Shown: piece by piece, positions 38,856-51,862 of the stretch
How the letters are laid out: each line of letters begins with the position of its first letter
Position numbering within the stretch: position 1 is the first letter of the stretch
From: Octopus sinensis
Taxonomy: Eukaryota
Direction of reading: 5' to 3'
DNA: 64,000 nt
Assembly (NCBI RefSeq): GCF_006345805.1
Contig: NC_043022.1
Location: forward strand, 186,001-250,000
Notes under the pieces: model-generated
Seen by the model: the letters and a program-made list of their open reading frames with translations, nothing else
What the model was told of the DNA's origin: nothing
The model's database searches: none
Made by a program: the position numbers and the translations under genes

Positions 38856-40730
38856 AGGTCGAATAGATATTTGTTCAAATAATTTAATTCTTTTTATTAG
38901 ACTTTTCTTCAGTAACTTTTTTCATATAATTATTGTTTAGTTTTGGCTTGTTTTTCAAATATTTTTCATGGTTGAGATGATGCACACACAACTAAATAAA
39001 TAAATAATCATTGAAGGGAAACGAAAAGAAATATAATGATCAGAGGATAATCTTGTGTATCTAACCAAGGCTGTGCCGTTAAGAAATTCCGCTTCGCCAC
39101 TTTGTGGTTCTCGTTTCAAAGTATGTGAAATGCAACATTGACTGAACAGAAGCGTCACCATCGAGGCATTCCATTAGCTGAGTTGGTAAATCTTCCCATA
39201 AATTCATTTATTGTAGTGTTCCGACTTCTTACGTTTTGACCCCGAGATAAAAAGAAAAATATTTTGATATATATATATATTAATCAACATAAAAACATGA
39301 TTCAAAGGATTTAGCGGTACATATGTTTCGGGCCTTTATTAGACGGTTTTATAACAATGCATAATTGATGTAAATGTGTGTCTATGGCCTTCTTCAGCCT
39401 CGTACAATTACTACTTCAAGGACATATATTACATTATAAGTTTTACGTTGGGGATGCAAATCCTCATAGTCACGTACGACAGAGTGGGGTACCAAGACGA
39501 AATCGAAGCGTCCATCCCGCTTTTGACTCGATGTAGAATGAGGAAATTTGGATGTTGAGCTAGAGAGGGAAGGGGTTGGGAGGTTGAATCTTTAGTGAGT
39601 TAGGGCTCACAAAGGGGGAGTAAAAGAGTAAAAGATTACAAAACAGTAAAATTTTAAAAAATATATTAAAAAGATATAAGAATGTAAAAAAAGATATAAG
39701 AATATAAAAAAATATATATAAGAGTATAAAAAAAGTATCTATGTATATAAATAAATATATAAATATGTATACATAAATACACACGGACGTGAAAAAAACA
39801 TGGTAATATAAATAAATAGAGATATAGATAAAGAAGCGAAAATTAAGGACGAAAAACATAATAAGGATAAGAAAATAAACGACTATATAAGGGGATGAAG
39901 GAAGAAATGTGAGGGGGTGAAGAACTAACAGGGTGGTCAAGATGGCGTATTCTGGTTGTTGAGGCCTACCGGTGTTATGGCGGGTGTCATAAATTAACCG
40001 CCTGGAGACCAAGTAGGTTGGTCAATCCCGGTTGTCTCGTTTGTGGCTAAACAGTTTATCTAGTTCCTCGTAAATTGTCTTTGTTACTAAAGGTCAACGT
40101 GTACATACGTACATGCATGCACATACACATCCACACGTATATATACATGCGTACTCTCGTATAAAGATACCGACAGGGATACGCATATGCATACGTCCCG
40201 CTACGCACAGATACCCAGGCCTGCACAAGCTAAGTACATAAACACACTAACCCACCTCTGCATACTCACTCGTATACGTACAAATACATACCCGCACGTA
40301 CATATATAAAGCCCGCCCGTCTACACCCTTATATACGTATATGAGCATATACATAAATATCTCAGTATACACATACATACGGAAAAAAGCGCATGTAGTT
40401 GGGTACAAGAGCTGACGCGCATACGTACGTATACACATACACGTACACACGCACAAACACACACACTCACACATATGGGGGAGTAAATCCATATGTTTAT
40501 GGACAAAAATATGCGTAGGCCCACCCTCACGCCCACACTCACACACATGGCGGAGTAAATCCCTATGCATATACACAAAAATATGCATATATGCATATGC
40601 ACAGACACAGGTATAACAGGTAGATTCATCCCAGCACACACGCAAAACTTATTCTAAATAAAAATAAATTTGGGCAAAGAAAACATTTTAGAAGGGATAA
40701 GAACAAAAGTAAAAACAAAAAGTAAATTAG

Positions 40731-40771
<41 letters not shown>

Positions 40772-40816
40772 TTATTATAATATTATTATTATTATTAATA
40801 TATATTATTATTATTA

Positions 40817-40858
<42 letters not shown>

Positions 40859-40949
40859 TATTATTATTACTATTATTATTATTACTATTTATATTATTAT
40901 TATTATTATATTATTATTATTAGTATTATTATTATATTATTATTTACAG

Positions 40950-41069
40950 ACAACAATGAATGTGCCGAGATGAACGGCGGCTGTGAACACATGTGTCACA
41001 ATATCCCGGGGAGCTACAACTGCAAGTGTAACCAAGGATACCGTCTAATAGACAACATCTACTGCAGAG
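40950..41069 (+). CDS. Exon 9, cbEGF 6 (DNNECAEMNGGCEHMCHNIPGSYNCKCNQGYRLIDNIYCR)
   Basis: TTTACAG|...G|GTACGT, 120 nt, phase 1-1. Confidence 0.95.
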
Positions 41070-41189
41070 GTACGTATATGAACAGTGTTGTTGTTGTTAT
41101 TATTGTTGAGGTCTTTCCCAATCAGTTCGGGACAATGGCGTTTCACGTGCGACAAATTTCTTTTTTTATATTGTATGTAATATTATGTT

Positions 41190-42450
41190 TGCATATAAGT
41201 GTATGTATGCATGTATGTATGTATGTATGTATGTATGTATGTATGTATGTATGTATGTATGTATGTATGTATGTATGTATGTACGTACGTATGTATGTAT
41301 GTACCTATGTACGTATGTATGAATGTATGTATGTATGACGTATGTATGTATATATGTATGAATGTGTGTATGTATGTATGTATGTATGTATGTATGTATG
41401 TATGTTTGCATGCGTATGTGTGTGTATGTATGTATGCATGTATGTATGTATGTACGTCTGTATGTATGTACGCATGTATGAATGTATGTATGTATGGACG
41501 TATGTATGTATGCATGCATGCGTGTATGTATGTATGTATGCATGCATGCGTGTATGTATGTATGTATGTATGTATGTATGCATGCATGCGTGTATGTATG
41601 TATGTATGCATGCATGCGTGTATGTATGTATGTATGTATGTATGTATGTATGTATGTGTGCATGTATGTATATATGTATGTATATATGTATGTATGTGTG
41701 TATGTATATATGCATGTATGTGTGTATGTATGTATGTGTGTATGTATGTATGTATGCATGTATGTATGCATGTATGTATGTATGTATGTATGTATGTGTG
41801 TGTATGTATGTATGTATGTATGTATGTATGTGTGTATGTATGTACGTATGTGTGTATGTATGTATGCATGTATGTATGCATGTATGTATGTATGTATGTA
41901 TGTATGTATGTATGTGTGTGTATGTGTGTGTATGTATGTATGTATGTATGTATGTGTGTATGTATATATGTATATGTGTATGTATGTTTGTATGCATGCA
42001 TGCATGTATGTATGTATGAATGTATGTATGTATGTATGTACGTATGTATGTATGTATGTATGCATGTGTGTATGTATTATGTATGCATGTATGTATGTGT
42101 GTATGTATGTATGTACGTACGTATGTATGTACGTCTGTGTGTATGTATGTATGTATGTATGTGTGTATGTATGCATGCATGCATGTATGTATGTATGTGT
42201 TTATGTATATATGCATGTATGTGTGTATGTATTATGTATGCATGCATGCTTGCATGCATGTATGTATGTATGTATGTATGTATGTATGTATGTATGTGTG
42301 TATGTATGTACGTATTTATGTATGTATGTATGTGTGTATGTATGTGTGTATGTATGTACGTATGTGTGTATGTATGCATGTATGTATGTATGTATGCATG
42401 CATGTATGTGTGTATGTATGTGTGTATGTATGTATATATGTATGTAATTG
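41190..42450. repeat. ~1.25-kb compound (TATG)n tract
   Basis: Direct reading; similar tracts at ~8150-8510, 27990-28380, 56170-56370. Confidence 0.95.
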
Positions 42451-42920
42451 TATAAGTCGTCTAAGAGTCCGTAAGTCAAGAAAAATTCACTGGTATATCT
42501 TTACTTGTTTCAGTCATGTGACTGTGGCCATGCTGGAAAATGTAATTCTAAAGATGTTTATTCACTTGACCAGTTTCTTTTTTTAGAAAAAAATTGGTAA
42601 AAGTCAAATGTAAAGCTTTGTATAAGCTTTGTTGTGTTAAGTACTGGTTGTCACAAAAGTATTAAAATACAGTTATACAGCCTTTGATTATGATAAGAAA
42701 ATGTTAAAAACAGTTTACAAGAAAATATTCAACGAAAAGCATTAGGAGTTCAATAAAAATCATGTTTGTTTAGTAGTATATATATACACAGAAGGAAATA
42801 TATTTAAGAGTTTCCCCCCAAAATTGGAGAGGAACCGACCTGTCTTTTGGCATTTTTATGTCTTGTATGTAGCTAAGGATGTTTGCTATTTCTCCCTTAA
42901 AATAGCATATATATATATAC

Positions 42921-43004
<84 letters not shown>

Positions 43005-43290
43005 ATATATATATATAGTTGGAATTTATAAAAAAACAAAACAATTAAAACAAAAGACGAAGACAGGTGTCTAAACAACAAACAGATGTACTAGTTCAAT
43101 GCTCGGGAAGTGAGGAAGCCTTTAACGTTTCGAGCCTGCGTTCTTCAAAAGAAAGGAGCACAGAAAATAAACAATGAGACAAAATAAAAAAGGTTTACTG
43201 GCTAGACATAAATATATATATATTTATATAAAAGGCGGTGCTCCAGCATGGCCACAGTCAAATGACTGAAACAAGAAAAAGAGTAAAAGA

Positions 43291-43322
<32 letters not shown>

Positions 43323-43666
43323 TTTAATTTCTAAATATCTCAGAGAGATATAAGCTGTGGTGGAACGATAGAGCAGTTGTATACTGTCAACTTAACGTAA
43401 CAGTCCCATAAAGGGAATCACACCACTGCTATTTAGCCCTAGGAAGCATCAGCGCTTCCTGTCGGTATGGAAACATTTCCTGTGTCCTTATGTTTACAAG
43501 GGGGAGACAAGCACCCTATCCAGGTAAGCTTGTCTCCTCCTTGTAAACATAAGGACACAAGAAATGTGTCAAGGCCGACAGGAAGCGCTGATGCTTCCTA
43601 GGTCTAAATAGCGGTGGTGTGATTCCCTTTACGGGACTGTTACGTTAAGTTGACAGTATACAACTG

Positions 43667-43743
<77 letters not shown>

Positions 43744-44051
43744 ATATATATATTATATATAATATATATATTAATATATATATGAAAAAGAAGAAAATGG
43801 TACTTTTAAAAATTAGGTACATTTTAATTTCTTTATATAAATTCATTAAAAAATGTTTTTGATTTACATGTGTCAGTAGTTTATAAACCTTATCGAAAAT
43901 ATGTACTTAAATGAAATACGTATAGAAAAAATGATTGTTAATTAAATAAACGTTCATAGTGTACTTTTCCTGTAAGAGTCCTGGTAATTTCCATTAATTT
44001 TCGTGGCATTGCATGTAGTAATTTTTATTACTAGCAATATTGTATGTATAT

Positions 44052-44107
<56 letters not shown>

Positions 44108-44148
44108 TATATATATAATATGTGGTGTGTGGTGTGTATATATATATG

Positions 44149-44247
<99 letters not shown>

Positions 44248-44370
44248 ATAAAGTAGGTACTGTAAATTTAGAGTGAATACTTGATAAGTGTAAGCACCTG
44301 TATATGCCAGATAGTGGCAGAGGTGAGAGAGTATATATCAAATACAAATAAAAACAGAACACAAAGGATA

Positions 44371-44465
44371 TTGCGGTACACGTGTTTCAAGCTTTATAAA
44401 CACTCCGTTATTACATCAGTGTATTATTGATATAAAAGATAGTTTAAAACTTTCTTCAGCCGCAA
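44371..44465 (-). ncRNA. Minimal type-I hammerhead ribozyme motif (intact)
   Basis: TTGCGG CTGAAGA AAGTTTTA-loop-TAAAGCTT GAAA CACGTG TA CCGCAA: 6-bp helix I, 8-bp helix II, palindromic helix III, UA cleavage site. Confidence 0.7.
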
Positions 44466-44635
44466 ACATTGTTAGTTCAAAGATTCTGTTTTTAATTTAA
44501 TTTATATATAGATAGATAGAAAGATAGACATACACACATCGAACAAATCCATTTTGTTACGTTACTGTTAAATAATGACAAACCTGTCCATCTCACACAA
44601 TATGAATTATGACTCGTTTTAATCTATTTCCTCAG

Positions 44636-44752
44636 ATATCAACGAATGCACGGAGGTTCACGACTGCGGTGGCGGGTGTCGCAACACAGTGGGCGGCTAC
44701 GTATGTACGTGTCAGCAGGGCTTCCAGTTAATGAACTGGACACACTGCGAAG
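44636..44752 (+). CDS. Exon 10, cbEGF 7 (DINECTEVHDCGGGCRNTVGGYVCTCQQGFQLMNWTHCE)
   Basis: TTTCCTCAG|...G|GTAAGC, 117 nt, phase 1-1; translated by hand. Confidence 0.93.
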
Positions 44753-45073
44753 GTAAGCACTATCCTTGCTGTTGTAATCGTCGTTGTTCTTATTGTTTGT
44801 TGGACTCTACACCGACGTCTTGAGTTCGATCTTCGGTAAGGGTTCGTCTCTTTATCTAGCATTCATATCGCTGGATAAGATTTTTCTATAGGCGCAAGCA
44901 TGGCTTCTCGGTTACGAAACTTGCTTAGCAGCCACATGGTCCTGGTTTCAATCCTACTGCGTAGCGCCCTATGCAAGGGTCTTCAAAAATAGCCCCGAGC
45001 CAAACTAAGCTATATCAATAAATTGTATATATATGCGTGTGTATGTGTATGTATGCATTTAAATAGGTAACTG

Positions 45074-45118
<45 letters not shown>

Positions 45119-45324
45119 GCGTGTGTGTGAATGTACGTGTAGACCCCATTGTGTTTGAGTTTGTTATTTCTCAGAAACTGACCAACAGTAATAGTAATTT
45201 CTAAAATTATAACTTAGTGGTTCTGCAAAAGAAATTCGATATAAAATGTATCAAAGATATAAGTAGCAAAGTAACTTAAAGGTGCTGCGGCTTGGCCGCA
45301 CTCCAGTTATCACTGTGTATGTAG

Positions 45325-45359
<35 letters not shown>

Positions 45360-45460
45360 CATACATACATACATACATACATACATACATACATACATAC
45401 ATACAGACATACATACATACGTACATACATATATATATATATACATATATAGATACATAT

Positions 45461-45494
<34 letters not shown>

Positions 45495-45513
45495 GTATAT
45501 ACATACATCTATG

Positions 45514-45605
<92 letters not shown>

Positions 45606-46045
45606 CATTATATACATACATCTCTCTATATATAACTCCAAGATAGTTAGAGGTTGTGGGTCCAACCCACTAAGGGATAATATCTATCCAATATACTTGC
45701 TGGTAGAATACCCAATTATTAATACACAAATGTTTTCTATTGCATTGCAATTACATTACCTAGTGTACTAAATGGTTGAAGGTAAAGAGATATTTTACCA
45801 TTAATTTATATAGCAATAAGAAAATGGAGGGGATCAATAGATGGTTCATCAACTTTTAGACATTCTGAATTTATATTCATGTATGATATTTTGTAATAAT
45901 TACTGGTATCCTTATATATTAATATATTTTAGATCCTATATGTAAAGCATGTTATACATGTATGTATATTATTGTAATTGCCAGTTTAGTAAATAAATTA
46001 ATAAATAAGTTAACACAATATAATGTCTAAAAGTTGATGAACCAC

Positions 46046-46145
46046 NNNNNNNNNNNNNNNNNNNNNNNNNNNNNNNNNNNNNNNNNNNNNNNNNNNNNNN
46101 NNNNNNNNNNNNNNNNNNNNNNNNNNNNNNNNNNNNNNNNNNNNN
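46046..46145. other. Assembly gap (100 N)
   Basis: Run of exactly 100 N in the intron between exons 10 and 11. Confidence 0.99.
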
Positions 46146-46721
46146 GGGAAGCTTTATGAAAATAAACAAAGACGAAAGCAGGTGGAAAACTAACAAACAA
46201 TTGTATTAGTATGGCGCTCAGGAATAGAAATAAAACAAGTCTTTTACGTTTCGAGCCTACGCTCTTTAACAGAAAGATACACAGAAAAGAAACACGGAGA
46301 GAAACAAGGAGAGAAAAAAAATATACTGTTTACTCTTTTACTTGTTTCAGTCATTTGACTGCGTCCATGCTGGAGCACCGCCTTTAGTCGAGCAAATCGA
46401 CCCCAGTAAGCCCAGTACTTATTCTATCGGTCTCTTTTGCCGAACCGCTAAGTGACGGGGACGTAAACACACCAGCATCGGTTGTCAAGCAATGCTAGGG
46501 GGACAAACACAGACACACAAACATACACGCACACATACATATGCATATATATATAGATATATACGACAGGCTTCTTTCAGTTTCCGTCTACCAAATCCAC
46601 TCACAAGGCTTTGGTCGGCCCGAGGCTATAGCAGAAGACACTTGCCCAAGATGCCACCGAAGTGGACTGAACCGGAACCATGTGGTTGTTAGCAAGCTAC
46701 TACCACACAGCCACTCCTGCG

Positions 46722-46768
<47 letters not shown>

Positions 46769-46860
46769 ATATATATATATATATATATCTGATATATATA
46801 TATATATATTATATACATAATATATATATACATATATATATATATATTATATTATATATA

Positions 46861-46900
<40 letters not shown>

Positions 46901-48226
46901 AATGTGACCTCGTGTGTACCGTTAGCGATTTTTTTCCTCTGTCTTCCCTTCTCTGGATCTTTCCTTCTCCTATGTTTCCGACTATATTTGTTCCACGTCC
47001 TCGCGTTGTTGTGTTTTTTGTACTTTCTTGTTTGGATTAACTATATATATATATATTATATATATATATATATCTATATATATATATATATATATTATAC
47101 ATTACATATATACATAATATAATATATATATATTAAAATAATATATATATATATATGTATATGTATATATGCATATGTGTGTGTTGTGTGTGTGTGTATG
47201 AGACCAATCGACATAGTCGGAAACCACTTGAATTTTAAGAAATGTATCTGGTCCGAAATAATCCTCTATTTGTATAATGAACTTGTCCGTTATATCTAGC
47301 ATTATATGATATTGTTCATAGGGCAATATTTTACCGATGCTTCGTCAAGTGCCCTTCACTTCTCTATGGAAAATGTAAAATCAAACAACAGGGTACTAGG
47401 CTGTTATTTCTAACAATGCGTTAGACCTTAGTGAGTTAAATGTGGAAATATAATCGCAGTATTGTAAAGTTGCCTCCCTTAGATGCTGCATGAAACGCAG
47501 TGTCATAAGGTATAATGAGGTGGGAATATTTATAGCACATCGTAGAAAATGCAAAGCAAAATTTCTTGTCAAAATTTGCCTTCCACAATTTCAGATCGAA
47601 TAAAATATTTAACAGTAAATTACTGAGTTTGATCTACATCTGTAGCAGACCTGATTCTCGAGAGAGAACCTCTTAAGTACAGCTTAAGTATTTGTAAGTA
47701 GCCTCCCTTAGAGATAGTAAGAAAGGTGGAGTCACAGAATGATACAAACGAGGTGTCATAATTTTTTTTGAACGTCGGAGAAAAAGCTTACCGATTTTTC
47801 CTTCGTCGTAAAGAAGGCGGCGAGCTAGCAGAGTGGTTAGCACGCCGGACGAAATGCGTAGCCGTATTTCGTCTGCCGACACGTTCTGAGTTCAAATTCC
47901 GCCGAGGTTGATTTTGCCTTTCATCCTTTCGGGGTCGATAAATTAAGTACCAGTTATGCGCTGGGGTCGCTATAATCGTCTTAATCCGTTTGTCTGTCCT
48001 TGTTTGTCCCCTCTGTATTTAGCCCCTAGTGGGTAATAAAGAAACAGATATATCCTTCGTCGTAACATTGTGAGTTAATATTTCTTCGAGGCCGAGTCTT
48101 TCATCGTTCAGGATCAATGAAATAAGAAAAATTGAGGACTGAGGCCTGTGTAATCGATTACTCCACCCCTGAAACCTGTTTGCCCTGTGTCAAAATAAAA
48201 AAAAGAATACATAATGAAGTGACAGG

Positions 48227-48257
<31 letters not shown>

Positions 48258-49108
48258 GTAAATGCTTGTACGTATGTTTTTCATATTTCTTGAAGTTCTT
48301 TTAAAGAGAATTCCCATTTTATTTCATGTGGTTGAGTTGGTTTGCTGGCAGAGCTGTCGAGGCCCACACCCAAACGCGAGCATTTATCGGTCTAAAGAAT
48401 CTCAGAATGATTTGAAATGTCTTACAAATCGTCACAGAGGTGTAAATAGATTGGATTTAAAGAATTCACGTTAACAGTTCCTGGGCATTGCACATAATAA
48501 GTTGCCTTTGTTACTCGCCAGGTACTCAATCCATTTTGCTATAGGTATCTTGAAATGGCCCTAGCTGCAAGTCTCCTCATGTATCTGTTTGAAGTATCTT
48601 CACTAAAATTTTTGTGGAACTGGGATAGGTGTTGATAAGGCGGCGAGCTGGCAGAAACGTTAGCACGCCGGGCGAAATGCGTAGTCGTATTTCGTCTGCC
48701 GACACGTTCTGAGTTCAAATTCCGCCGAGGTCGACTTTGCCTTTCATCCTTTCGGGGTCGATTAAATAAGTACCAGTTACGCACTGGGGTCGATATAATC
48801 GACTTCATCCGTTTGTCTGTCCTTGTTTGTCTCGTCTGTGTTTAGCCCCTTGTGGGTAGTATAGAAATAGGTATTTCGTCTGCCGTTACGTTCTGAGTTC
48901 AAATTCCGCCGAGGTCGACTTTGCCTTTCATCCTTACGGGGCTGATTAAATAAGTACTAGTTACGCACTGGGGTCGATATAATCGACTTAATCCGTTTGT
49001 CTGTCCTTTTTTGTCCCCTCTGTGTTTAGCCCCTTGTGGGTAGTAAAGAAATATATATTGTTCCTTTTTATCATTACTTATGTTTGTTTATTTCCTCCTT
49101 ATTTTCAG

Positions 49109-49368
49109 ACATCAACGAATGTAGGTGCAACAATGGTGGATGCCCTTTCCCTTACAGATGCGTTAACAAACCCGGGCACCACTACTGTGATTGTCCCTTC
49201 GGGTTTGGAGTTAGAGGGAACATGTGTCACCTTTTGATACCTCAAAAGCAACTGAACTTCACTCTCCCCAATAACCCAAAAGTCTTACCAAGAATGAAGC
49301 CGCAATTACATACCACAACTGTGATACCACCTAAAAAATCAATCAGAAGCGAGGCAGGATGGTCATAA
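49109..49368 (+). CDS. Exon 11 (terminal): 7-Cys EGF 8 plus 46-aa basic Pro/Thr tail to stop
   Basis: ATTTTCAG| acceptor, phase 1, DINECRCNNGGCPFPYRC...GNMC HLLIPQ...AGWS TAA; no transmembrane segment; AATAAA downstream. Confidence 0.9.
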
Positions 49369-49744
49369 ATGGAATGCTATCCATTGCTTCATTTGCACCA
49401 ATCTCTTCAATCGCAGCTGCCATGGAATCTAAACAACATCGACAACAAAGTCATTATCGACTATTACTACCTATCACACATTATATATTGTAGTCCTCGA
49501 TACACATAGTCTAAACCTTCACTATCTGCTCATAAAACAAGTTCGCCGACTTATACATAACATTGGAAACATAAACACCAGCCAATATTAAACAGTTGAC
49601 AGTGGGACATCTCTGTGGGGGTAACCTCCATAGAACAAAGGTCATTTCTGTATTACATGAGCAGCATGGCAGGTAATCATTTCACCAGGTCACATGAGGA
49701 TAATCCCATCATCACATTATGTCACTTGTTCATCAAATTAGTCA

Positions 49745-49765
49745 AATAAATGATAATTTAATAAA
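49745..49765 (+). terminator. Candidate polyadenylation signals
   Basis: AATAAA at 49745-49750 and 49760-49765, ~380 nt after the stop; AT-rich context makes chance matches possible. Confidence 0.45.
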
Positions 49766-49832
49766 AAAAAAAAACATTGCGTTTGCGTCTAACTGTCTCT
49801 TAATGTAGCAACTATGAAGAGAAACACCTACC

Positions 49833-49866
<34 letters not shown>

Positions 49867-49948
49867 GATGAATGTATTTTCCCCTTGTTAACAATTAACA
49901 CGGAAACAATTTTCTGTTAACATTTCTTATTTACGAGTTTCGTTTTTC

Positions 49949-50032
49949 ACTTCCCTGAAGAGAAGATTGCATTGTTTTATACTATTTATTCTTTTGAATA
50001 TCAGTCAAATCTTCGAAACATGTGTCGAAAGT
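49949..50032 (+). ncRNA. Minimal hammerhead ribozyme motif downstream of the poly(A) signals; copy at 62096-62179 (-)
   Basis: ACTTCC CTGAAGA GAAGATT-loop-AATCTTC GAAA CATGTG TC GAAAGT: 7-bp helix II, GUC site, 5/6 helix I. Confidence 0.55.
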
Positions 50033-50166
50033 AAAAGTATTTGATTTATACCTGCGTTAAACTCCATTTATATATATATATATATTTCACGGATATTACA
50101 CACTAGCATCAGTTGTCAAGCGATGCTGGGGTGGGGGGGGGGGCAAACAGACACACAAACATATAT

Positions 50167-50217
<51 letters not shown>

Positions 50218-50394
50218 TATACGACGGGCTTCTTTCAGTTTCCGTCTACCAATTCCACTCACAAGGCTTTGGTAGGCCCGAGGCTATAGTAGAAGATACT
50301 GGCCCAAGGTGCCACGCAGTGGCACTGAACCCGGAACCATGTGGTTCGTAAACAAGCTACTTACCACACAGCCACTCCTACGCCTTAGTTTCAT

Positions 50395-51090
50395 TCTTGT
50401 TCAAGTTCTTTTATAACTGTTTCAAAATCCAACATGATTGAATTTTATATTTTCTGGAAAGTCGCTTTGGCACCTATCAAAACCAAACTCCATCCTGAAA
50501 GTATCACAGAAGGCTTTCACAGTATGTAACACGGCTTCAAGCTCACCATTTCCTTGCCCATAGAGTTTTAAGTCCATATGAAACAGATGGCTTATTTTCT
50601 TGTTAGTTTTCAACGCATACCCTCTTTTATTAAGTTCACGTGTGAGGTGTATTTTGGCTATGAAAGACTTGGAAAATTCCGCTGTTGACGCTAATGTTGT
50701 TCGAAGCTAAAACACCATTAGAATAATATGATTGTAGATTCGTGTTACATGGTGTGATATTAGGCTTCAGGATGTTTGAAATTACAAGACTTTGCGTCCC
50801 CAAAGTCCATCCCCTCCTCACCGTGGTGGGGACGCTGGCAACGGGTAGTGTCAGAGCCATGCCGTCGGGAACTTCGGTTCCTGGTAGGGCCACCCAAGGC
50901 AGATTGGTCTGACACCGAGTGGTATTATGGCCATAACCCCGTCCACAACCTGGTGAAGATACTCGGAGTGTCTGTTTCGGCAACCGGCGGCTCCTCGGTC
51001 GTTCTGTCCCTGCGTCTGCGGGCAATCTGCGGCAAACAGGATGTCTCTACATGCGGGATTGTTGGGGACCGCTTGTGAAATTCACATATT
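50395..51090 (-). mobile_element. Degenerate LINE pieces (RT YMDD region plus 5' UTR-like segment)
   Basis: KISHLFHMD-LKLYGQGNGELEAVLHTVKAFCDTFRMEFGFDRC resembles HLLYMDDLKLY...GMEFGLDKC. Confidence 0.6.
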
Positions 51091-51785
51091 CCCACGAAAC
51101 TTCTTCCACCGACATGGTTCGAGATGCCTTGAGGGTGGTAGAAGAATCCGACTCAACCCGACCAGGGTGAATGTCGCCACAAGTACAAGTAAGTAAATTA
51201 CAAGAGAAATCTCGAAGATGTCCAGCGATTTAAGGATCCGTGAATGCATTGTGCTCTCAAAAGCCTGTTGAAATCAAACCACGCGGAACAGATTCCTGCG
51301 CTTGGTACGATAGCTTCCAAGCATCATGCGATGAATGAAGTGTTGATCTTCGTATCCGTATGAGCTTCGTTGGTACGCTCGAGAAAATAGCGTTCTCTTC
51401 CATAAATACAAGCTTTCTCCAAGAAAATAGGTGTTCAAATTCTATAAGTGCTTGATAAAGAGATTACGGGTGGGTAAATCGTTTTTGTTTTGGCATGTGG
51501 TTTTCATTGTTTGGGAGCAGGTAAATAATTACACTTGCTAACCATTCAGGTGTTTTTTCAGGATATCTCTCCGGCGAGTTAACAAAATAGTTAGCACGCC
51601 GGATGCAGAGTTTTCTAGCATTTCCTCCATACTTCTGCGTTCTAATTCTGCCGTTGTCTACTCAAACCTTTTATCCACCCAGACTCGATATAAAACTAAT
51701 CAATGAAGCTCTGCAGTCGATGTAAGCCTTTAAACTCCCTCACCTGATGACTTTAGTCAAACCTGATGACTTTAGTGGAAACGAA

Positions 51786-51789
<4 letters not shown>

Positions 51790-51862
<73 letters not shown>

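Noticed and set aside
41166-42586. Long ORFs up to 418 aa (MYVC/HTYI repeats)
   Set aside because: Translations of (TATG)n, which lacks stops in several frames; same for 20648-21578, 35121-35792, 7992-8513 and similar.
49036-49108. ORF-track N-terminus MGSKEIYIV... as a stand-alone single-exon gene
   Set aside because: It comes from the SINE tail and pyrimidine tract; the EGF starts exactly at a phase-1 acceptor like the other exons.
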